Positions 1 to 13,670 of a stretch of DNA of 64,000 nucleotides are shown here, in pieces; positions within the stretch are counted from its first letter, which is position 1; every line of letters begins with the position of its first letter. The DNA is from Hydrurus foetidus (Eukaryota), in contig UYFQ01000541.1 of the NCBI GenBank assembly GCA_900617105.1, positions 1 through 64,000 of the forward strand, read 5' to 3'. The notes beneath the pieces are model-generated. The model was not told the origin of the DNA and did not search any database. It saw only the letters and a program-made list of their open reading frames with translations. The translations under genes were made by a program, and so were the position numbers.

Positions 1-813
1 ATTAACGCTGATAAAAAAGATAAAGTTGAACCGTCTACAGAGCTTTTTTAGTCTTTTTAATCTTGACATAGGTCTGTTGAATTTATTATCAATTAGTTAA
101 ATCTTGTCACTACGAAAACATAATTCTACGAAGTTTATGACACGAGCTTTTAACTATAAGAATAGTACTGAAAAAAGCCTTTTGCGCTCGTTCGTCCAAT
201 AAGATATTTTTATATCTTATGCATCATGTAAGTCGTGAAATTAATAGCATGTTATAACTTTGAACTTCTTACATTGAGGTCGCGTCTCAGAACTTTTTTC
301 GAGAGTTTTAGATCTCAAAGGTGAGAGCTCAGTCTCCATTTTGTCAAAGGTTTTATTGAATACCCTATGTCTCATGATAAATAGATTTTTGTGCGAGCGT
401 TTATTACATCTTTTAGCTTTCAAATTATTTGATGATGGAGTTGTCTATTCACGGTTGGAGTTTTTGCAAATAAAAACTTTTTGATCCAAAAAAATGATAA
501 TTTGGAATGATTATACCTATCAAAAAAATCTTTAAAAGTAAGGATAAAAGCAGCATCTAGATTTGTCTCTTAAGAAGAGTATTTCTACGGTTCAATCTCA
601 CTTTTTCGCACTCGAAACCTACAACTTCCGCTTTATCTTTTACGAATTAGTCACAGTTATCGCAAGAGTCCTCTTTTTTGTTAACGCTTGTACATTATCG
701 AAGATGTCTTGAAATTTTCATGGAACTTGGAGTCACAGATTGACTTTTTCGCTGTAACTTCACATATTTTCGTGCCTTTTTCACACTTTGAATTCCGCGA
801 CGTAATTAGGTAA

Positions 814-2385
<1,572 letters not shown>

Positions 2386-2797
2386 TTTACCTGGGACTGC
2401 TTTCGACAACTTACTTGGAAATTAAGTTTTTGGTTATGAAATTCTTAACTTGTACCTTAAAAGTTTACCGTTAAAGATTGTTTTACCATATTTCGACCTC
2501 GGCTTTTGATTCTAGCCTCGACAAAAAATGGAATATCTAAATTTTTAGAATCATACTCATACGTTTATCAATTGGGGCCTCAAACCTAGAAAACTATCTT
2601 AGTAATCCTTTCTTCACATTTCCTTTTATTACGTGTTTAAATGTTTATCTTGAAATCAGTTCGCAAAATTGACTTCACTGTGGAGATATTCAAAGGCTTT
2701 ACTTTTTCGGATGGGTTATCTTTTTGAAAACTTATTTGCTTGTAGACTTTAGGTCATAGAAATTTAGTACAACGTTTAACTTGTTTGAAGATTGTTT

Positions 2798-4251
2798 TTA
2801 ATATGTGTTGATTATCAAAGAGCTGACATTTGACAAATGAATAAAGTTTAAGAAAAAAACAGGATATATTCCGCCAATAAAGACAAATAAACCTAAAGGT
2901 AATAAGACAGTAAACTCTCTGAAATTTATGTCTTGAAACTTTTTGGTGTAGTTGACTTTTAAACTTCCAAATATGACTCTATTATATAACCATAAGGAGT
3001 AACCGCCACAAAGCATAATTCCAGTAGCTCCTGCAATTGAGCTGGGAGTATTTGTACTATAAATACCCGTCAAGAGTAAAAATTCGCCCACAAAACTACT
3101 TGTTCCGGGTAATGCTATGTTTGCCATAGTGAAAATTAGAAAAACGATAGAGTATATAGGCATTGTGTGAACTAAGCCTCCATAATAATATACGAATCTC
3201 GAATGATACCTCTCATATAGCACACCTATTATAAAAAACATCGCGCTCGATACAAAGCCGTGGCTAATACTTTGTAAAATACAACCCTCTAATCCAATGA
3301 CGTTAAAGCTGAAAGTACCTAAGATTACCAGGTTCATATGCGCTATCGATGAATAAGCTACTATTCTTTTCATATCCGTCTGTCTGATGGCACAAAACGA
3401 GGCGTAAATCACTCCTGTTACTCCAAGTACGTAAACAAAAGGAGAAAAAATAGACAAGCGTCAGGAAAGAGATTTAGACTTACTCTAATCAAACCGTATA
3501 TGCCTAGTTTTAACATAATACCTGCTAACAGAACAGATCCTACTGTAGGAGCTTCTACGTGAGCTTCAGGCAACCATATATGAAATGGAAAAACGGGTAC
3601 TTTGGAAGCAAAAGAAACAAAGAACGCCAACCAAAGCCAGCATTGCTCATTGAAAGTAAAGTTCCAACTCAAAAGGTATTCTAAACTTGAGGTGCCTGTT
3701 TTGGTTATTAAGTAGAGGATACCCAGCAGCATGAAAAGAGATCCAACTAGTGTGTAGAAAAAAAGTAGATAAAAAGCTCTTACTTTTCTTTCTCTTGATC
3801 CCCATATGCCTATCAATAATGACATTGGAATTAAAACAGCTTCGAAAAAAACGTAAAAGATGATTAAATCTAGTGATGAGAATATCAAAAGCAAACAAGT
3901 ATTTATCACAGACAAGAAGATTATTGACTCTTTTAGTAAATCTGTGTCTAGTACAAATACTACACATAAGAATATTAGAAGACTACTTAGAAAAAAGAAT
4001 AAGATTGATATACCATCTAGTCCAAATGAAAAATCAATGTTTAAAACATTGACACATGTTTTATAACTTGTTATATTTTGAAAATAATAAAAATTGCAAT
4101 CGAAACAACAAACTACTACGCAGGATAGAATCAGAACTACCCCAGAACTTGAGATGCCAATAAACTTTAAAGTATTTCGATCGTGAGGAGAAACAAAATA
4201 AAGTGCTGCGACTGTAGTAATTTGTACCAAAAATATTATAGTTAAAAGCAT
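2798..4251 (-). CDS. nad4: NADH dehydrogenase subunit 4, one frameshift at the A6 run 3445-3450
   Basis: KVPVFPFHIWLPEAHVEAP in ORF 3418-4251; QTDMKRIVAYSSIAHM and LPGTSSFVGE in ORF 2798-3457; adding one T gives CLFFSPFVY and a 484-aa protein. Confidence 0.96.
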
Positions 4252-4316
4252 ATTTAAGTAAGTTTTATTTCATTTAATCAGTTAATCATTACTCTTATGT
4301 GTGGCGCTTTGTCCAC

Positions 4317-5513
4317 CTATCTATCCACCTCACCGAAAACAATATCTTGAGTACCTATTATAGTGACAACATCTGCTATCATGTGACCTTTTGTCATCTC
4401 GTTCAGGGCCTGTAAGTGACCAAATCCAGGAGCCTTGATTTTGCACCTGTAAGGTTTATCCGTATTATTTGAGATTAAATAAACTCCAAATTCTCCTTTT
4501 GGGGCTTCAGTTACGGTAAAAGTCTCTCCGAAAGGAAGAACTACCCCCTCTGTATGAAATTTAAAATGATGAATTACTGCTTCCATTGAAGACTTCATTT
4601 CGCTTCGTGTTGGTGCGGTAAGTTTGGTATTGTCAGACTTGATAGGACCTTCTGACTTTATCGCAATGACTTGTTGAATTATTTCTAGTGACTGTCGCAT
4701 TTCTTCTATTCGAATTAAGTATCGATCATAGCAATCTCCTCTATTCCCGATTGCAATCGCGAAGTCAAGCTCTTCATATACTTCGTAGGGTTGAGTCTTT
4801 CTCAAGTCCCAAGGCAATCCGGATCCTCGTAACATTACACCACTGAATCCCCAGTCTAAAGCTTTTTGAAAACTAACAACTCCGATGTCCACTAGTCGCT
4901 CTTTCCATATCCTGTTACTTGTTAACATCTCCTCTATTTCATCTAGTCTTATTTTGAATTGTAGAGCAAATTGATAAATATCGTCAAAAAGTCCTAAAGG
5001 AACATCTGCACTCAAGCCGCCAGGCCTTATAAACGCGGAGTGCATTCGAGCACCTGAGACTCTTTCATAAAATTCAAAAAGCTTTTCACGCTCTTCAAAA
5101 GCCCACATAAATGGAGTCATTGCACCCACATCCATTGCATGACAACCTACGGCTAACAAATGATTCAGAATTCGAGTCAACTCCAGAAACAAAACCCTAA
5201 TTATTTGAGCTCTTCTAGGAACTTTTATTCCGGCAATTTTTTCAACCGCCAAGGAATACGTGTGCTCTTGCGCCATCATAGAAACGTAATCTAATCGGTC
5301 AAAGTAAGGTAGCGCTTGCATGTAAGTCTTATGCTCTATCAATTTTTCTGTGCCTCTATGCAGTAATCCAATATGAGGGTCTGCACGCTCCACGACTTCC
5401 CCATTCAGTTCTAATATCAAACGAAGAACACCATGAGCAGCGGGGTGTTGAGGCCCAAAGTTGATTGTAAAGTTTTTTAATTCTTTGAGTAATTCTTTCT
5501 TTTTAAGAATCAT
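4317..5513 (-). CDS. nad7: NADH dehydrogenase subunit 7
   Basis: [24 protein letters not shown]-terminal DIVFGEVDR. Confidence 0.99.
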   Translation of the reverse strand: MILKKKELLKELKNFTINFGPQHPAAHGVLRLILELNGEVVERADPHIGLLHRGTEKLIEHKTYMQALPYFDRLDYVSMMAQEHTYSLAVEKIAGIKVPRRAQIIRVLFLELTRILNHLLAVGCHAMDVGAMTPFMWAFEEREKLFEFYERVSGARMHSAFIRPGGLSADVPLGLFDDIYQFALQFKIRLDEIEEMLTSNRIWKERLVDIGVVSFQKALDWGFSGVMLRGSGLPWDLRKTQPYEVYEELDFAIAIGNRGDCYDRYLIRIEEMRQSLEIIQQVIAIKSEGPIKSDNTKLTAPTRSEMKSSMEAVIHHFKFHTEGVVLPFGETFTVTEAPKGEFGVYLISNNTDKPYRCKIKAPGFGHLQALNEMTKGHMIADVVTIIGTQDIVFGEVDR

Positions 5514-5540
5514 TTGTATTTTCTTGAAGGTCTTATACTT

Positions 5541-6080
5541 TTAAGAAGACCAGGGAGAATTGAACGAAAAAGTCTGAAGTCTTGACTCAGCTCCAGAGGT
5601 TCAACTACGATTCTTTTTCGTTTCATCATACTTTACTTCAACATAACCGGATATGGGAAAATCTTTCCGTAATGGATGGCCTTCAAATCCGTAATCTGTC
5701 AGTATCCTACGCAAGTCTGGGTGCTCGTCGAAGTAAACGCCGTACATATCCCATACTTCCCTTTCCCACCAGTTAGCATTTACATAAAGCTTTACTATTG
5801 AAAGAATAGAAGTCGTCTCGTTTACGAAGGTTTTCAGACGAATACGTGTATTATAACTTAAACTCAGTAAGTCATAAATAACGATGAATCGAGTACCCTC
5901 GTGAATTAAGTCTACCCCAGAGATACAACTTAGAATTTGGAAGCAACAAGCAACATGGCGTTTTAAAACATTTAATGAAAAAAAAAGCTTTTGATGCGAA
6001 ATGACCAAGACAAACTCATTATCAAATTGTTGAGAAATCAATATTGGTATGATGGTATTTAATTCTTTTATTTGTTTCAT
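5541..6080 (-). CDS. nad9: NADH dehydrogenase subunit 9, two homopolymer frameshifts near the 3' end (5614-5618, 5567-5571)
   Basis: WEREVWDMYG, RRILTDYGFEGHPLRKDFP; conserved tail KRIVVEPLELSQDFRLFSFNSPW recovered from shifted frames, stop at 5541-5543. Confidence 0.95.
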
Positions 6081-6286
6081 GCATCTAACTACTTTAAATT
6101 AACAAAGTTTATCTATCTCTTTAGGAAACGTAACTGTTTCAAACCGTAATCTTTAAGCCTAGGTTCAAAGTTGAGTCGTGTAACAATGAAAGCTTCTTGT
6201 TTTTCGTTTGGGTAACGATCGATTTAAAACACTTCACAGTTAAAAGCGGCAGTTTGAGTCATTTGCTTAATCTACAGGAGAGATCA

Positions 6287-7810
6287 TTAGTAGCCTGCAG
6301 TTCCTAAGACTATCAAGTCAGTCAAGATTATTATGAATTCGGGTAGAAAGAAGAAAAAATACAAACCAAAGGACCCAAAGACTGCTATGCAGCAAAACAA
6401 ATCTCTAAACTCGTCTTTAAAGCTTGAACGAAATACCTCTTTACTTCCCTGTATTTCTTGTATTTCAAAAAAGATTACTTTTATCAGTCTCATATAGTAG
6501 TAAAATGAAACAGAACTGATTAGAATTGTCCCGACACTTATCGCGATATAATTGGACTCTATTAGACTCTTTAAGACAAGCACTTTGCTCAAAAATCCAC
6601 TAGAAGGTGGCATCCCTCCTATAGAGAATAATAAGAGTACAAGGAGTAATCCAGCGATTGGGTTTTTTTCAAAGAGGTTACTCATACTTGTGAAGTAAAC
6701 GGTGTGAATCAACTTATTCTTAAAGCTGTTTTCTTTTTGCTGACTACCGTAGAACTCAACGATATAACCCCAAAGCAATATAGAAGATAAAACATACACT
6801 AAGACGTAAAGGAACAATGCACAAAATCCGTGATGCGTTCCTAGCGACAGCGTTAATGCAAAGAACCCTGTCTGAGATAACGAACTGTACAAAACTAGTC
6901 GTTTTAGCTTCGTCTGTCTTAAGGCTAAAAATGCTCCCGCGAATATTGATAGATATCCTGAAATCATTAATAATTCTGAAATAATGAAGAAGTTAAATCC
7001 GATTATATTCAACAGTTTAAAAAAGAAGTATAGTAATCCTATCTTAGGAATTATTGAAAATCCGATTGTAGAGCATAAAGGTGAACCTTCGTAAACGTCG
7101 GGTGCCCAAAAATGAAATGGAGCAATAGCTAATTTGAACATTAAAGCCATTACAATCAAAAAAAAACCAAAAAAAACAGGTCTTTCTATCTCTTGATAGT
7201 TATTTTCTAATGGAAAGCTCAGTAGTAGCATTAACGCGTTAAAATTCAGCGTTCCTAATCCTCCATAGATAAGTAGACATCCCATCAGATAAATACAAGA
7301 AACAAATGAGCCTAAAATGAAATATTTCAATCCCGCGTCTGTAGAAAAAGAAGAATTCTTTCGAAAACAAGCCAAAATATAAAATGATAATGCTTGCATT
7401 TCAAGCACTAAGTAGGCTATTAAGAAGTCACAAGAGCTTATAAGGAGAAGTACACCTAGCAAAGATAGTAAGAAAATAGTAAAAAACTCAGCAAAACTTA
7501 CGTTTTGAACGACGAATCCTCTTCCCATAATGATAGTTAAAGGTACACTAAAGAATAGAACCAGCTTCTTAACCGTTAAAGACCCAATATCATTGCTTAA
7601 AAGTGATGATTCTACTGTAGTATTGTCGCAATATTGAATATAAAAAGACCCTAATAATATTAAAACACTTTGAAAAACGATTTCTTTATCGAAAACGGGG
7701 AAGTTCTTTGTTCTGTGTGTTGCTAATGAGCTTCCAAATACAAGTTGAATCAAAACGCAAAAAGAAAGAAATATCTCAGGTAAAAAGGATGTTAATAAAT
7801 TTATACTCAT
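6287..7810 (-). CDS. nad2: NADH dehydrogenase subunit 2
   Basis: AGLKYFILG, FKLAIAPFHFWAPDVYEGSP, SIGGMPP. Confidence 0.97.
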   Translation of the reverse strand: MSINLLTSFLPEIFLSFCVLIQLVFGSSLATHRTKNFPVFDKEIVFQSVLILLGSFYIQYCDNTTVESSLLSNDIGSLTVKKLVLFFSVPLTIIMGRGFVVQNVSFAEFFTIFLLSLLGVLLLISSCDFLIAYLVLEMQALSFYILACFRKNSSFSTDAGLKYFILGSFVSCIYLMGCLLIYGGLGTLNFNALMLLLSFPLENNYQEIERPVFFGFFLIVMALMFKLAIAPFHFWAPDVYEGSPLCSTIGFSIIPKIGLLYFFFKLLNIIGFNFFIISELLMISGYLSIFAGAFLALRQTKLKRLVLYSSLSQTGFFALTLSLGTHHGFCALFLYVLVYVLSSILLWGYIVEFYGSQQKENSFKNKLIHTVYFTSMSNLFEKNPIAGLLLVLLLFSIGGMPPSSGFLSKVLVLKSLIESNYIAISVGTILISSVSFYYYMRLIKVIFFEIQEIQGSKEVFRSSFKDEFRDLFCCIAVFGSFGLYFFFFLPEFIIILTDLIVLGTAGY

Positions 7811-7822
7811 AATTATACTTTA

Positions 7823-7894
7823 TATCCTCTATGGGAATTGAACCCATATTCTCACCTTGAAAAAGTAATGTCCTAACCCTTAGACGAAGAGGAC
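7823..7894 (-). tRNA. trnE: tRNA-Glu(UUC)
   Basis: cloverleaf GTCCTCT...AGAGGAT-A, anticodon loop TT-TTC-AA, T-loop TTCAATT. Confidence 0.92.
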
Positions 7895-8048
7895 TTCATT
7901 TTTTTGAGAAAGCGCCACGAAAATGCTTTTAAAAACTTAGTTTTACGAAAAATAATGATTATTAATTGATTACGCTGTTTCGTGCGTAGACAAAACTGCA
8001 TGCTATTTACAAAAAAGTCCAAGTTGAGAACATCAAACAACAACTATT

Positions 8049-8810
8049 ATGCAAAAAACAAAAAGGTTCTTTAGAGACTTTTATTTCAAACCGGAGTATC
8101 GAGAAAAGAATCTTTTAGATTATATAAGACACACTAAAAGAAAAAGGTACCAATTATGCTTTCCTAACCTTTTCAGTGAGCTCTTTCCTAATAATTGTAA
8201 ATCGTTCAAAAAAAGTTCGAAGTATACGAATAAAAGATCTCTTATCAAAAGTAGAAGAGTCGCAGTAAAAAAATTACTTTTAAGAATAAAAACGCGTGCT
8301 AACAACCGTAATGATAACAGCCGCATCTATTCTAGTAAGACTCAATTACCCCTTAACGGGAAGACTTTGAAACCAACGTTTTTTTTCAATAAGACGATGA
8401 CAATTCGCATTAAGCCAAATAACGTTTTTTGCACATTTGTCAACAGAGCAAAGCGAAAGACTATATCCGGAACTTGTACCAAATATAAAGTTAAAATGTC
8501 TAAAAAAGCTTTGAGATACAACTATAAAGTTATCTTGAAATCTTTTTTGAAGGAAACAAAGCGATTTCTTAAATCAAAAAGGATTCTTATTTCAGTAACA
8601 TCTCCAAAGAAAATTCGACGGGAATTACTGCGTATTTTGAAAACCAGATTGATTAGACGAAAAAAGTTTGCTCGAAAAACTTCTGGAAAAAAAGTTCGGT
8701 ACAGTCCCGATCTGCTTTTGTTTCGCTTTAACTCTAAGAAATGTTTCAACGGGTGTAGAGTCCGTAAAAAAAGAAGAAAAAAGCAGAGGGGTTTGAGGAT
8801 TTATAAGTAG
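8049..8810 (+). CDS. rps11: ribosomal protein S11 with a long basic N-terminal extension
   Basis: IRIKPNNVFCT and the C-terminal FNGCRVRKKRR match the S11 NNT and HNGCRxxKxRR motifs. Confidence 0.85.
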   Translation: MQKTKRFFRDFYFKPEYREKNLLDYIRHTKRKRYQLCFPNLFSELFPNNCKSFKKSSKYTNKRSLIKSRRVAVKKLLLRIKTRANNRNDNSRIYSSKTQLPLNGKTLKPTFFFNKTMTIRIKPNNVFCTFVNRAKRKTISGTCTKYKVKMSKKALRYNYKVILKSFLKETKRFLKSKRILISVTSPKKIRRELLRILKTRLIRRKKFARKTSGKKVRYSPDLLLFRFNSKKCFNGCRVRKKRRKKQRGLRIYK

Positions 8811-8823
8811 GAGATGTGCTCTT

Positions 8824-8910
8824 GGATTGATGGCTGAGTGGTTTAAAGCGTTAGTTTGCTAAACTAATACACAAAATAATGTGTCATGGGTTCGAATCCC
8901 TTTCATTCCG
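8824..8910 (+). tRNA. trnS: tRNA-Ser(GCU)
   Basis: TGGCTGAGTGG D-region, anticodon arm TTAGT-TTGCTAA-ACTAA, long variable arm, GTTCGAATC. Confidence 0.93.
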
Positions 8911-9004
8911 AGGTGAATTTAAGTTGTGCAACTAAATACTTAACGTCAAAGTTTCATACGGAGCTTTTTGAGCTTATTTTAAGGCTGTTCCATATAAACG
9001 CGGA

Positions 9005-9128
9005 TTTTACAATTATTCAAACTTTGAGTCCAATAACATGACTTTAATGTCTACTTTTTAATCTTGTTCTTAAAGCCTTCAAAAACTACATTCGAAATAG
9101 TCATGATAGTGTCTTTTGCTGACTACAT
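9005..9128 (+). pseudogene. degenerate tandem copy of the nad1 5' end and its leader
   Basis: ATGACTTTAATG...AAACTACATTCGAAATAGTCATGATAG parallels nad1 ATGACTTTAATG...AAACTACACTCGAAATATTAATGATAG; frame is disrupted. Confidence 0.7.
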
Positions 9129-9162
9129 CTTACAACTACTTAAACTTTTTATCAAATAAAAT

Positions 9163-10170
9163 ATGACTTTAATGCTTATCCTTTTAACATTGCCTTTAAA
9201 GGCTTTAGAAACTACACTCGAAATATTAATGATAGCAATCCCTTTACTGGCCGCAATAGCTTATTTTACTCTTGCAGAGCGAAAGATTTTGGGAGCAATT
9301 CAAAGAAGAAAAGGGCCTAATGTTGTAGGAACTTATGGGCTGCTTCAGCCTTTAGCTGACGGCTTTAAGTTACTTGTCAAAGAGACGATTATTCCAAGCA
9401 ATTCAAATAAACTTATTTTTATAATTTCACCGGTTTTGACTTTTACGCTTAGTTTGATGGGTTGGGCTGTAATACCATTCGACAAATATGTCGTTTTTTC
9501 GCAAATTAACCTTGGTATGTTGTACTTATTTGCGGTTTCTTCTTTAGGCGTTTACGGAGTTATAATGTCTGGTTGGTCGAGTAATTCAAAATACGCTTTC
9601 TTAGGTTCATTAAGATCGGCAGCACAGATGGTTTCTTACGAAGTCACGATCGGATTTATCATAGTGACTGTGTCTATTTTTTCTGGGTCTTTTGATTTGC
9701 AACAAATAGTAGAGTCTCAAAAAGACGTTTGGTTCGTTGTTTTGTTTCCTCCCTTAGCTCTTATCTTTTTTATCTGTTCGCTGGCAGAGACAAACAGACA
9801 TCCATTCGATTTGCCGGAGGCAGAAGCAGAACTTGTAGCTGGTTATAATGTTGAATATTCTGCGATGGGTTTTGCTCTTTTTTCTTTAGGAGAGTATTGT
9901 CATATGCTTTTGATGAGCGCTGTGAATGTTACGCTATTTTTTGGAGGTTGGCTGCCTCCATTTGAAGGGTTATGGCTTTCGGGTTCTTTTTGGTTTAGTT
10001 TAAAAGTATCTTTTTTTGTCGTCTTGTTCATAGTTGTTCGCGCAGCTTTGCCTAGGTATAGATATGATCAACTAATGGGACTTGGTTGGAAAGTATTTCT
10101 TCCTATTTCTATTGCTTACCTTTTGATTACAATATTGATTTTAATCTCCTTTAATATGATGCCTTATTAA
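9163..10170 (+). CDS. nad1: NADH dehydrogenase subunit 1
   Basis: [52 protein letters not shown]. Confidence 0.99.
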   Translation: MTLMLILLTLPLKALETTLEILMIAIPLLAAIAYFTLAERKILGAIQRRKGPNVVGTYGLLQPLADGFKLLVKETIIPSNSNKLIFIISPVLTFTLSLMGWAVIPFDKYVVFSQINLGMLYLFAVSSLGVYGVIMSGWSSNSKYAFLGSLRSAAQMVSYEVTIGFIIVTVSIFSGSFDLQQIVESQKDVWFVVLFPPLALIFFICSLAETNRHPFDLPEAEAELVAGYNVEYSAMGFALFSLGEYCHMLLMSAVNVTLFFGGWLPPFEGLWLSGSFWFSLKVSFFVVLFIVVRAALPRYRYDQLMGLGWKVFLPISIAYLLITILILISFNMMPY

Positions 10171-10324
10171 AGTCGCGATATTATGAATTGATTAGAAGAG
10201 TTTTCAAAAAGCTAAGAAAGCGCTTGAAGATAGATCCTTTTGGAATTTTTTAGTTTATATCGTAGATTAAAAAAGTTAAAAGTTGTTATACCATTTCACG
10301 TAGTGGAAAACTTTATCATCATAA

Positions 10325-12316
10325 ATGCTAATCTTGATATTACTATTACCGTTATTAGGATTCTTTAGCGGAAGCCTTTTCGGAAGATATTTAGGAAAAA
10401 CTGTTCTAATTTTTACTACCTTAAGTGTTTTTATTCCTTTACTAATTTCTAGTTACCTTTTATATAATGTTATATCAACAGGACTGATGTACAAAATGAG
10501 TATTTGTTTATGGGTTGCCTCGGATACTCTTCATGTCAATTGGTCTTTTTGTTTTGATAGTTTAACATCAGTAATGCTTATCGTTGTAACTTTTGTCTCA
10601 ACGGCTGTTCACGTATACTCTTTAGAATATATGGAGAATGACCCTCATTTATTACGGTTCATGTCTTATTTGTCATTATTTACTTTTTTCATGCTTTTGT
10701 TAATTTCGTCGAATAATTTTTTACAAATGTTTGTTGGTTGGGAAGGTGTAGGTTTATCGTCTTATCTGTTGATCAATTTTTGGTTTACCAGAATTCAGGC
10801 TAATAAAGCAGCAATAAAAGCGTTACTTGTTAATCGAATTGGAGACTATTTTATGGTATTATCGCTTTTTTCGATTCAGCTTATTTTTGGTAGCCTGGAT
10901 TATGACGTTGTTTTTAGTTTAGTACCTTCTATAAGTGGTTCTAGATTAATGATCGGTAGTTTAGAAGTCGATTGCTTAGACTTGATCAGTATACTACTGT
11001 TTTTAGGTGCAATGGGTAAATCTGCTCAAATTGGATTGCACACTTGGTTGCCTGATGCTATGGAAGGACCTACTCCCGTTTCTGCATTAATACATGCGGC
11101 CACTATGGTTACAGCAGGAGTTTTTCTAATTATTCGTTGCTCATACTTTTTCGAATTTTCACCGAATGCTTTAGGTTTGATCATTATCATAGGATCTTTA
11201 ACTTCGTTTTTTGCTGCTACGACAGGTTTATTCCAAAATGACATAAAACGAATAATTGCATATTCGACTTGTAGTCAATTAGGTTATATGATTTTTGCTT
11301 GTGGATTATCTAGTTACGATTTGGGTATTTTTCACTTAGCTAACCATGCTTTTTTTAAAGCTTTATTGTTTCTAGGAGCAGGATCTGTGATACATGCTAT
11401 GGCGGATGAACAAGATATTCGTAAAATGGGTGGTTTAAAGAAATTGCTTCCTTTTTCCTATAGTGTAATGGTTATAGGGTCTTTAGCTCTTATAGGGTTT
11501 CCTTTTTTAACAGGTTTTTACTCCAAGGATGCCATATTAGAAGTAGCTTTTGCTAAAGGTGGCTTGTACGGAAATTTTTCGTACATACTTGGTTCGTTGG
11601 CTGCTTGGTGCACGTCTTTCTATTCAACAAGGCTATTATTTTTAGTTTTTTTATCGGAGCCAAATGGGAGTCGAATAATAACTATAAATGCTCGCGAAGG
11701 TTCTTGGTTGATGGGTCTACCTCTAGTTATTCTATCAATCATTACTGTTATTCTTGGATTTATGTCGCGTGATCTTTTCGTTGGATTTGGTACGGACTTT
11801 TGGGGAACATCTATATTCATTTTACCTTCGCATTATTGTTTGTTAGACGTAGAGTTTATTCCTTTGAACTATAAGCTTCTGCCCTTGCAAGCAAGTATTT
11901 CGGGAATTATTTTTGCTTATCTTCTGCATTCAATACACCTTAGAAGTTTCTATCTTTTAAAAAGAACACAAGGCTTTAAAACTTTTTACACTTTTATATC
12001 AAAAAAGTGGTATTTTGACCGGTTGTATAACGGGATTTTCGTTCAAAACGTTCTTTTCTTTTGTTATCATTTTACTTATAAAGATATTGACAGAGGACTC
12101 ATTGAAAAAGTAGGTCCTTCCGGACTGACTGAATTGGCTTCTGAAATATCTGACTTGATTGTATTTTTACAAACAGGACTTATATTTCATTACTTGTACA
12201 TGTTTTTCGTACTTTTATTTCTATCAGGACTTGCTTGGATCACATTAAATTATCTATCATTCGTTGCAGTTATTGGTGGTATCCTGTTTATATATCTTTC
12301 TTTTGAAGAGATCTAG
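10325..12316 (+). CDS. nad5: NADH dehydrogenase subunit 5
   Basis: GWEGVG, KSAQIGLHTWLPDAMEGPTPVSALIHAATMV, HAFFKALLF. Confidence 0.99.
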   Translation: MLILILLLPLLGFFSGSLFGRYLGKTVLIFTTLSVFIPLLISSYLLYNVISTGLMYKMSICLWVASDTLHVNWSFCFDSLTSVMLIVVTFVSTAVHVYSLEYMENDPHLLRFMSYLSLFTFFMLLLISSNNFLQMFVGWEGVGLSSYLLINFWFTRIQANKAAIKALLVNRIGDYFMVLSLFSIQLIFGSLDYDVVFSLVPSISGSRLMIGSLEVDCLDLISILLFLGAMGKSAQIGLHTWLPDAMEGPTPVSALIHAATMVTAGVFLIIRCSYFFEFSPNALGLIIIIGSLTSFFAATTGLFQNDIKRIIAYSTCSQLGYMIFACGLSSYDLGIFHLANHAFFKALLFLGAGSVIHAMADEQDIRKMGGLKKLLPFSYSVMVIGSLALIGFPFLTGFYSKDAILEVAFAKGGLYGNFSYILGSLAAWCTSFYSTRLLFLVFLSEPNGSRIITINAREGSWLMGLPLVILSIITVILGFMSRDLFVGFGTDFWGTSIFILPSHYCLLDVEFIPLNYKLLPLQASISGIIFAYLLHSIHLRSFYLLKRTQGFKTFYTFISKKWYFDRLYNGIFVQNVLFFCYHFTYKDIDRGLIEKVGPSGLTELASEISDLIVFLQTGLIFHYLYMFFVLLFLSGLAWITLNYLSFVAVIGGILFIYLSFEEI

Positions 12317-12427
12317 TAAGTTTATATTATCTAATTCATTTAAAGTCTTTTCAGAAAGTTTATTCATTTATGACATTTTGTTTACGTACCTTTCTTTTGG
12401 AAAGGCTGAGGGAAAGAGTATTTTAAA

Positions 12428-12502
12428 GGCGAGTGTAGCTTAATGGTTAGAGTGTCAGATTGTGGCTTTGAAGGTTGTGGGTTCAAATCCCATTATTCGC
12501 CC
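12428..12502 (+). tRNA. trnH: tRNA-His(GUG), G-1 encoded
   Basis: G-GCGAGTG...TATTCGC-C, anticodon loop TT-GTG-GC. Confidence 0.93.
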
Positions 12503-12519
12503 GAAAATATTTGATACGC

Positions 12520-12602
12520 GCTTGTTTGGCGAAATTGGTAGACGCAACAGATTTAAAATTTGTTTTTCTTTGAAAGTGTTGGTTCAAGTCCAACATTAAG
12601 CA
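12520..12602 (+). tRNA. trnL: tRNA-Leu(UAA)
   Basis: TGGCGAAATTGGTAGACGC, anticodon loop TT-TAA-AA, long variable arm. Confidence 0.92.
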
Positions 12603-12609
12603 TTTACAT

Positions 12610-13425
12610 ATGACACAAGTCTGTTTTATGCTCTCTATCATTAACTCGTTTTTTATTACATCATGCGATGCTTCTGAATCTTGGCAACTAGGACTTCAAG
12701 ACCCTGCAACTCCCATTATGGAAAGTATGCTATTTTTTCATAATTACTTGATGATGTTTTTACTTGCCATAGGCATTTTCGTATCGTGGATGCTGATCTC
12801 AGTTTTTTACCTTTTTAATAACAAAGTCAGCTTTGAATCTCAAAAGTTTTCTCATGATAGTCTCTTGGAAACCTTTTGGACCATCGTACCCGCAATCATT
12901 TTGTTATTTATTTCGATACCTTCTTTCGCGCTGCTTTATTCTCTAGATGAACTGATAAATCCCTTGATAACATTAAAAGTTGTTGGTCATCAGTGGTATT
13001 GGAGTTATGAATATTCAGACTATTTTCTTGGGACAGTTGTAATGCCACAAGATTCCGCTTCAGAAGGAAGATTGAATTTTGACTCTTATATGATATCTAC
13101 GTTAGATTTAACAAAGGGAGCTCTTAGACTTTTAGAAGTGGATAACAGGTCTGTCTTACCAGTTTGTACTCATATAAGACTTATTGTTACAGCGGCTGAT
13201 GTTTTACATAGTTGGGCGGTACCATCATTTGGAATCAAAATCGACGCTTGTCCTGGTAGATTAAGTCAAGGATCTTTATTTATAAAGCGAGAAGGCGTTT
13301 ATTATGGTCAATGCAGTGAAATTTGTGGAGTCAATCATGGATTTATGCCGATTGTGGTCCGTGGTGTTATTGCAGATAACTTTGCGATTTGGACATTGAT
13401 CAAGATAGATGAACTTAGATCTTAG
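12610..13425 (+). CDS. cox2: cytochrome c oxidase subunit 2
   Basis: GHQWYWSYEY, DVLHSWAVP, CuA motif CSEICGVNHGFMP. Confidence 0.99.
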   Translation: MTQVCFMLSIINSFFITSCDASESWQLGLQDPATPIMESMLFFHNYLMMFLLAIGIFVSWMLISVFYLFNNKVSFESQKFSHDSLLETFWTIVPAIILLFISIPSFALLYSLDELINPLITLKVVGHQWYWSYEYSDYFLGTVVMPQDSASEGRLNFDSYMISTLDLTKGALRLLEVDNRSVLPVCTHIRLIVTAADVLHSWAVPSFGIKIDACPGRLSQGSLFIKREGVYYGQCSEICGVNHGFMPIVVRGVIADNFAIWTLIKIDELRS

Positions 13426-13567
13426 TGAAAAATTGATTGAAGGTTTACCATCTTTTTCGACGTACAAAAAGTCTGAGGCTTTAGTATTGTGATGGGATTC
13501 TTTTAGTTTTGATTTTAAGAAACGACCATTTAATTCGAATAAGAATTAGAATACCGATATGTTTTAG

Positions 13568-13616
13568 AATCGTGGGTATTTGATTAAACTTTAGTGAAAT
13601 TCAAATACCCACGATT
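13568..13616. repeat. perfect 16-bp inverted repeat (hairpin) between cox2 and cob
   Basis: AATCGTGGGTATTTGA - 17-nt loop - TCAAATACCCACGATT. Confidence 0.9.
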
Positions 13617-13670
13617 TTATTTAGTAAAGCAACCCGAGTAACAAATTCATCCCGTTTTTCGTTAAACGTT

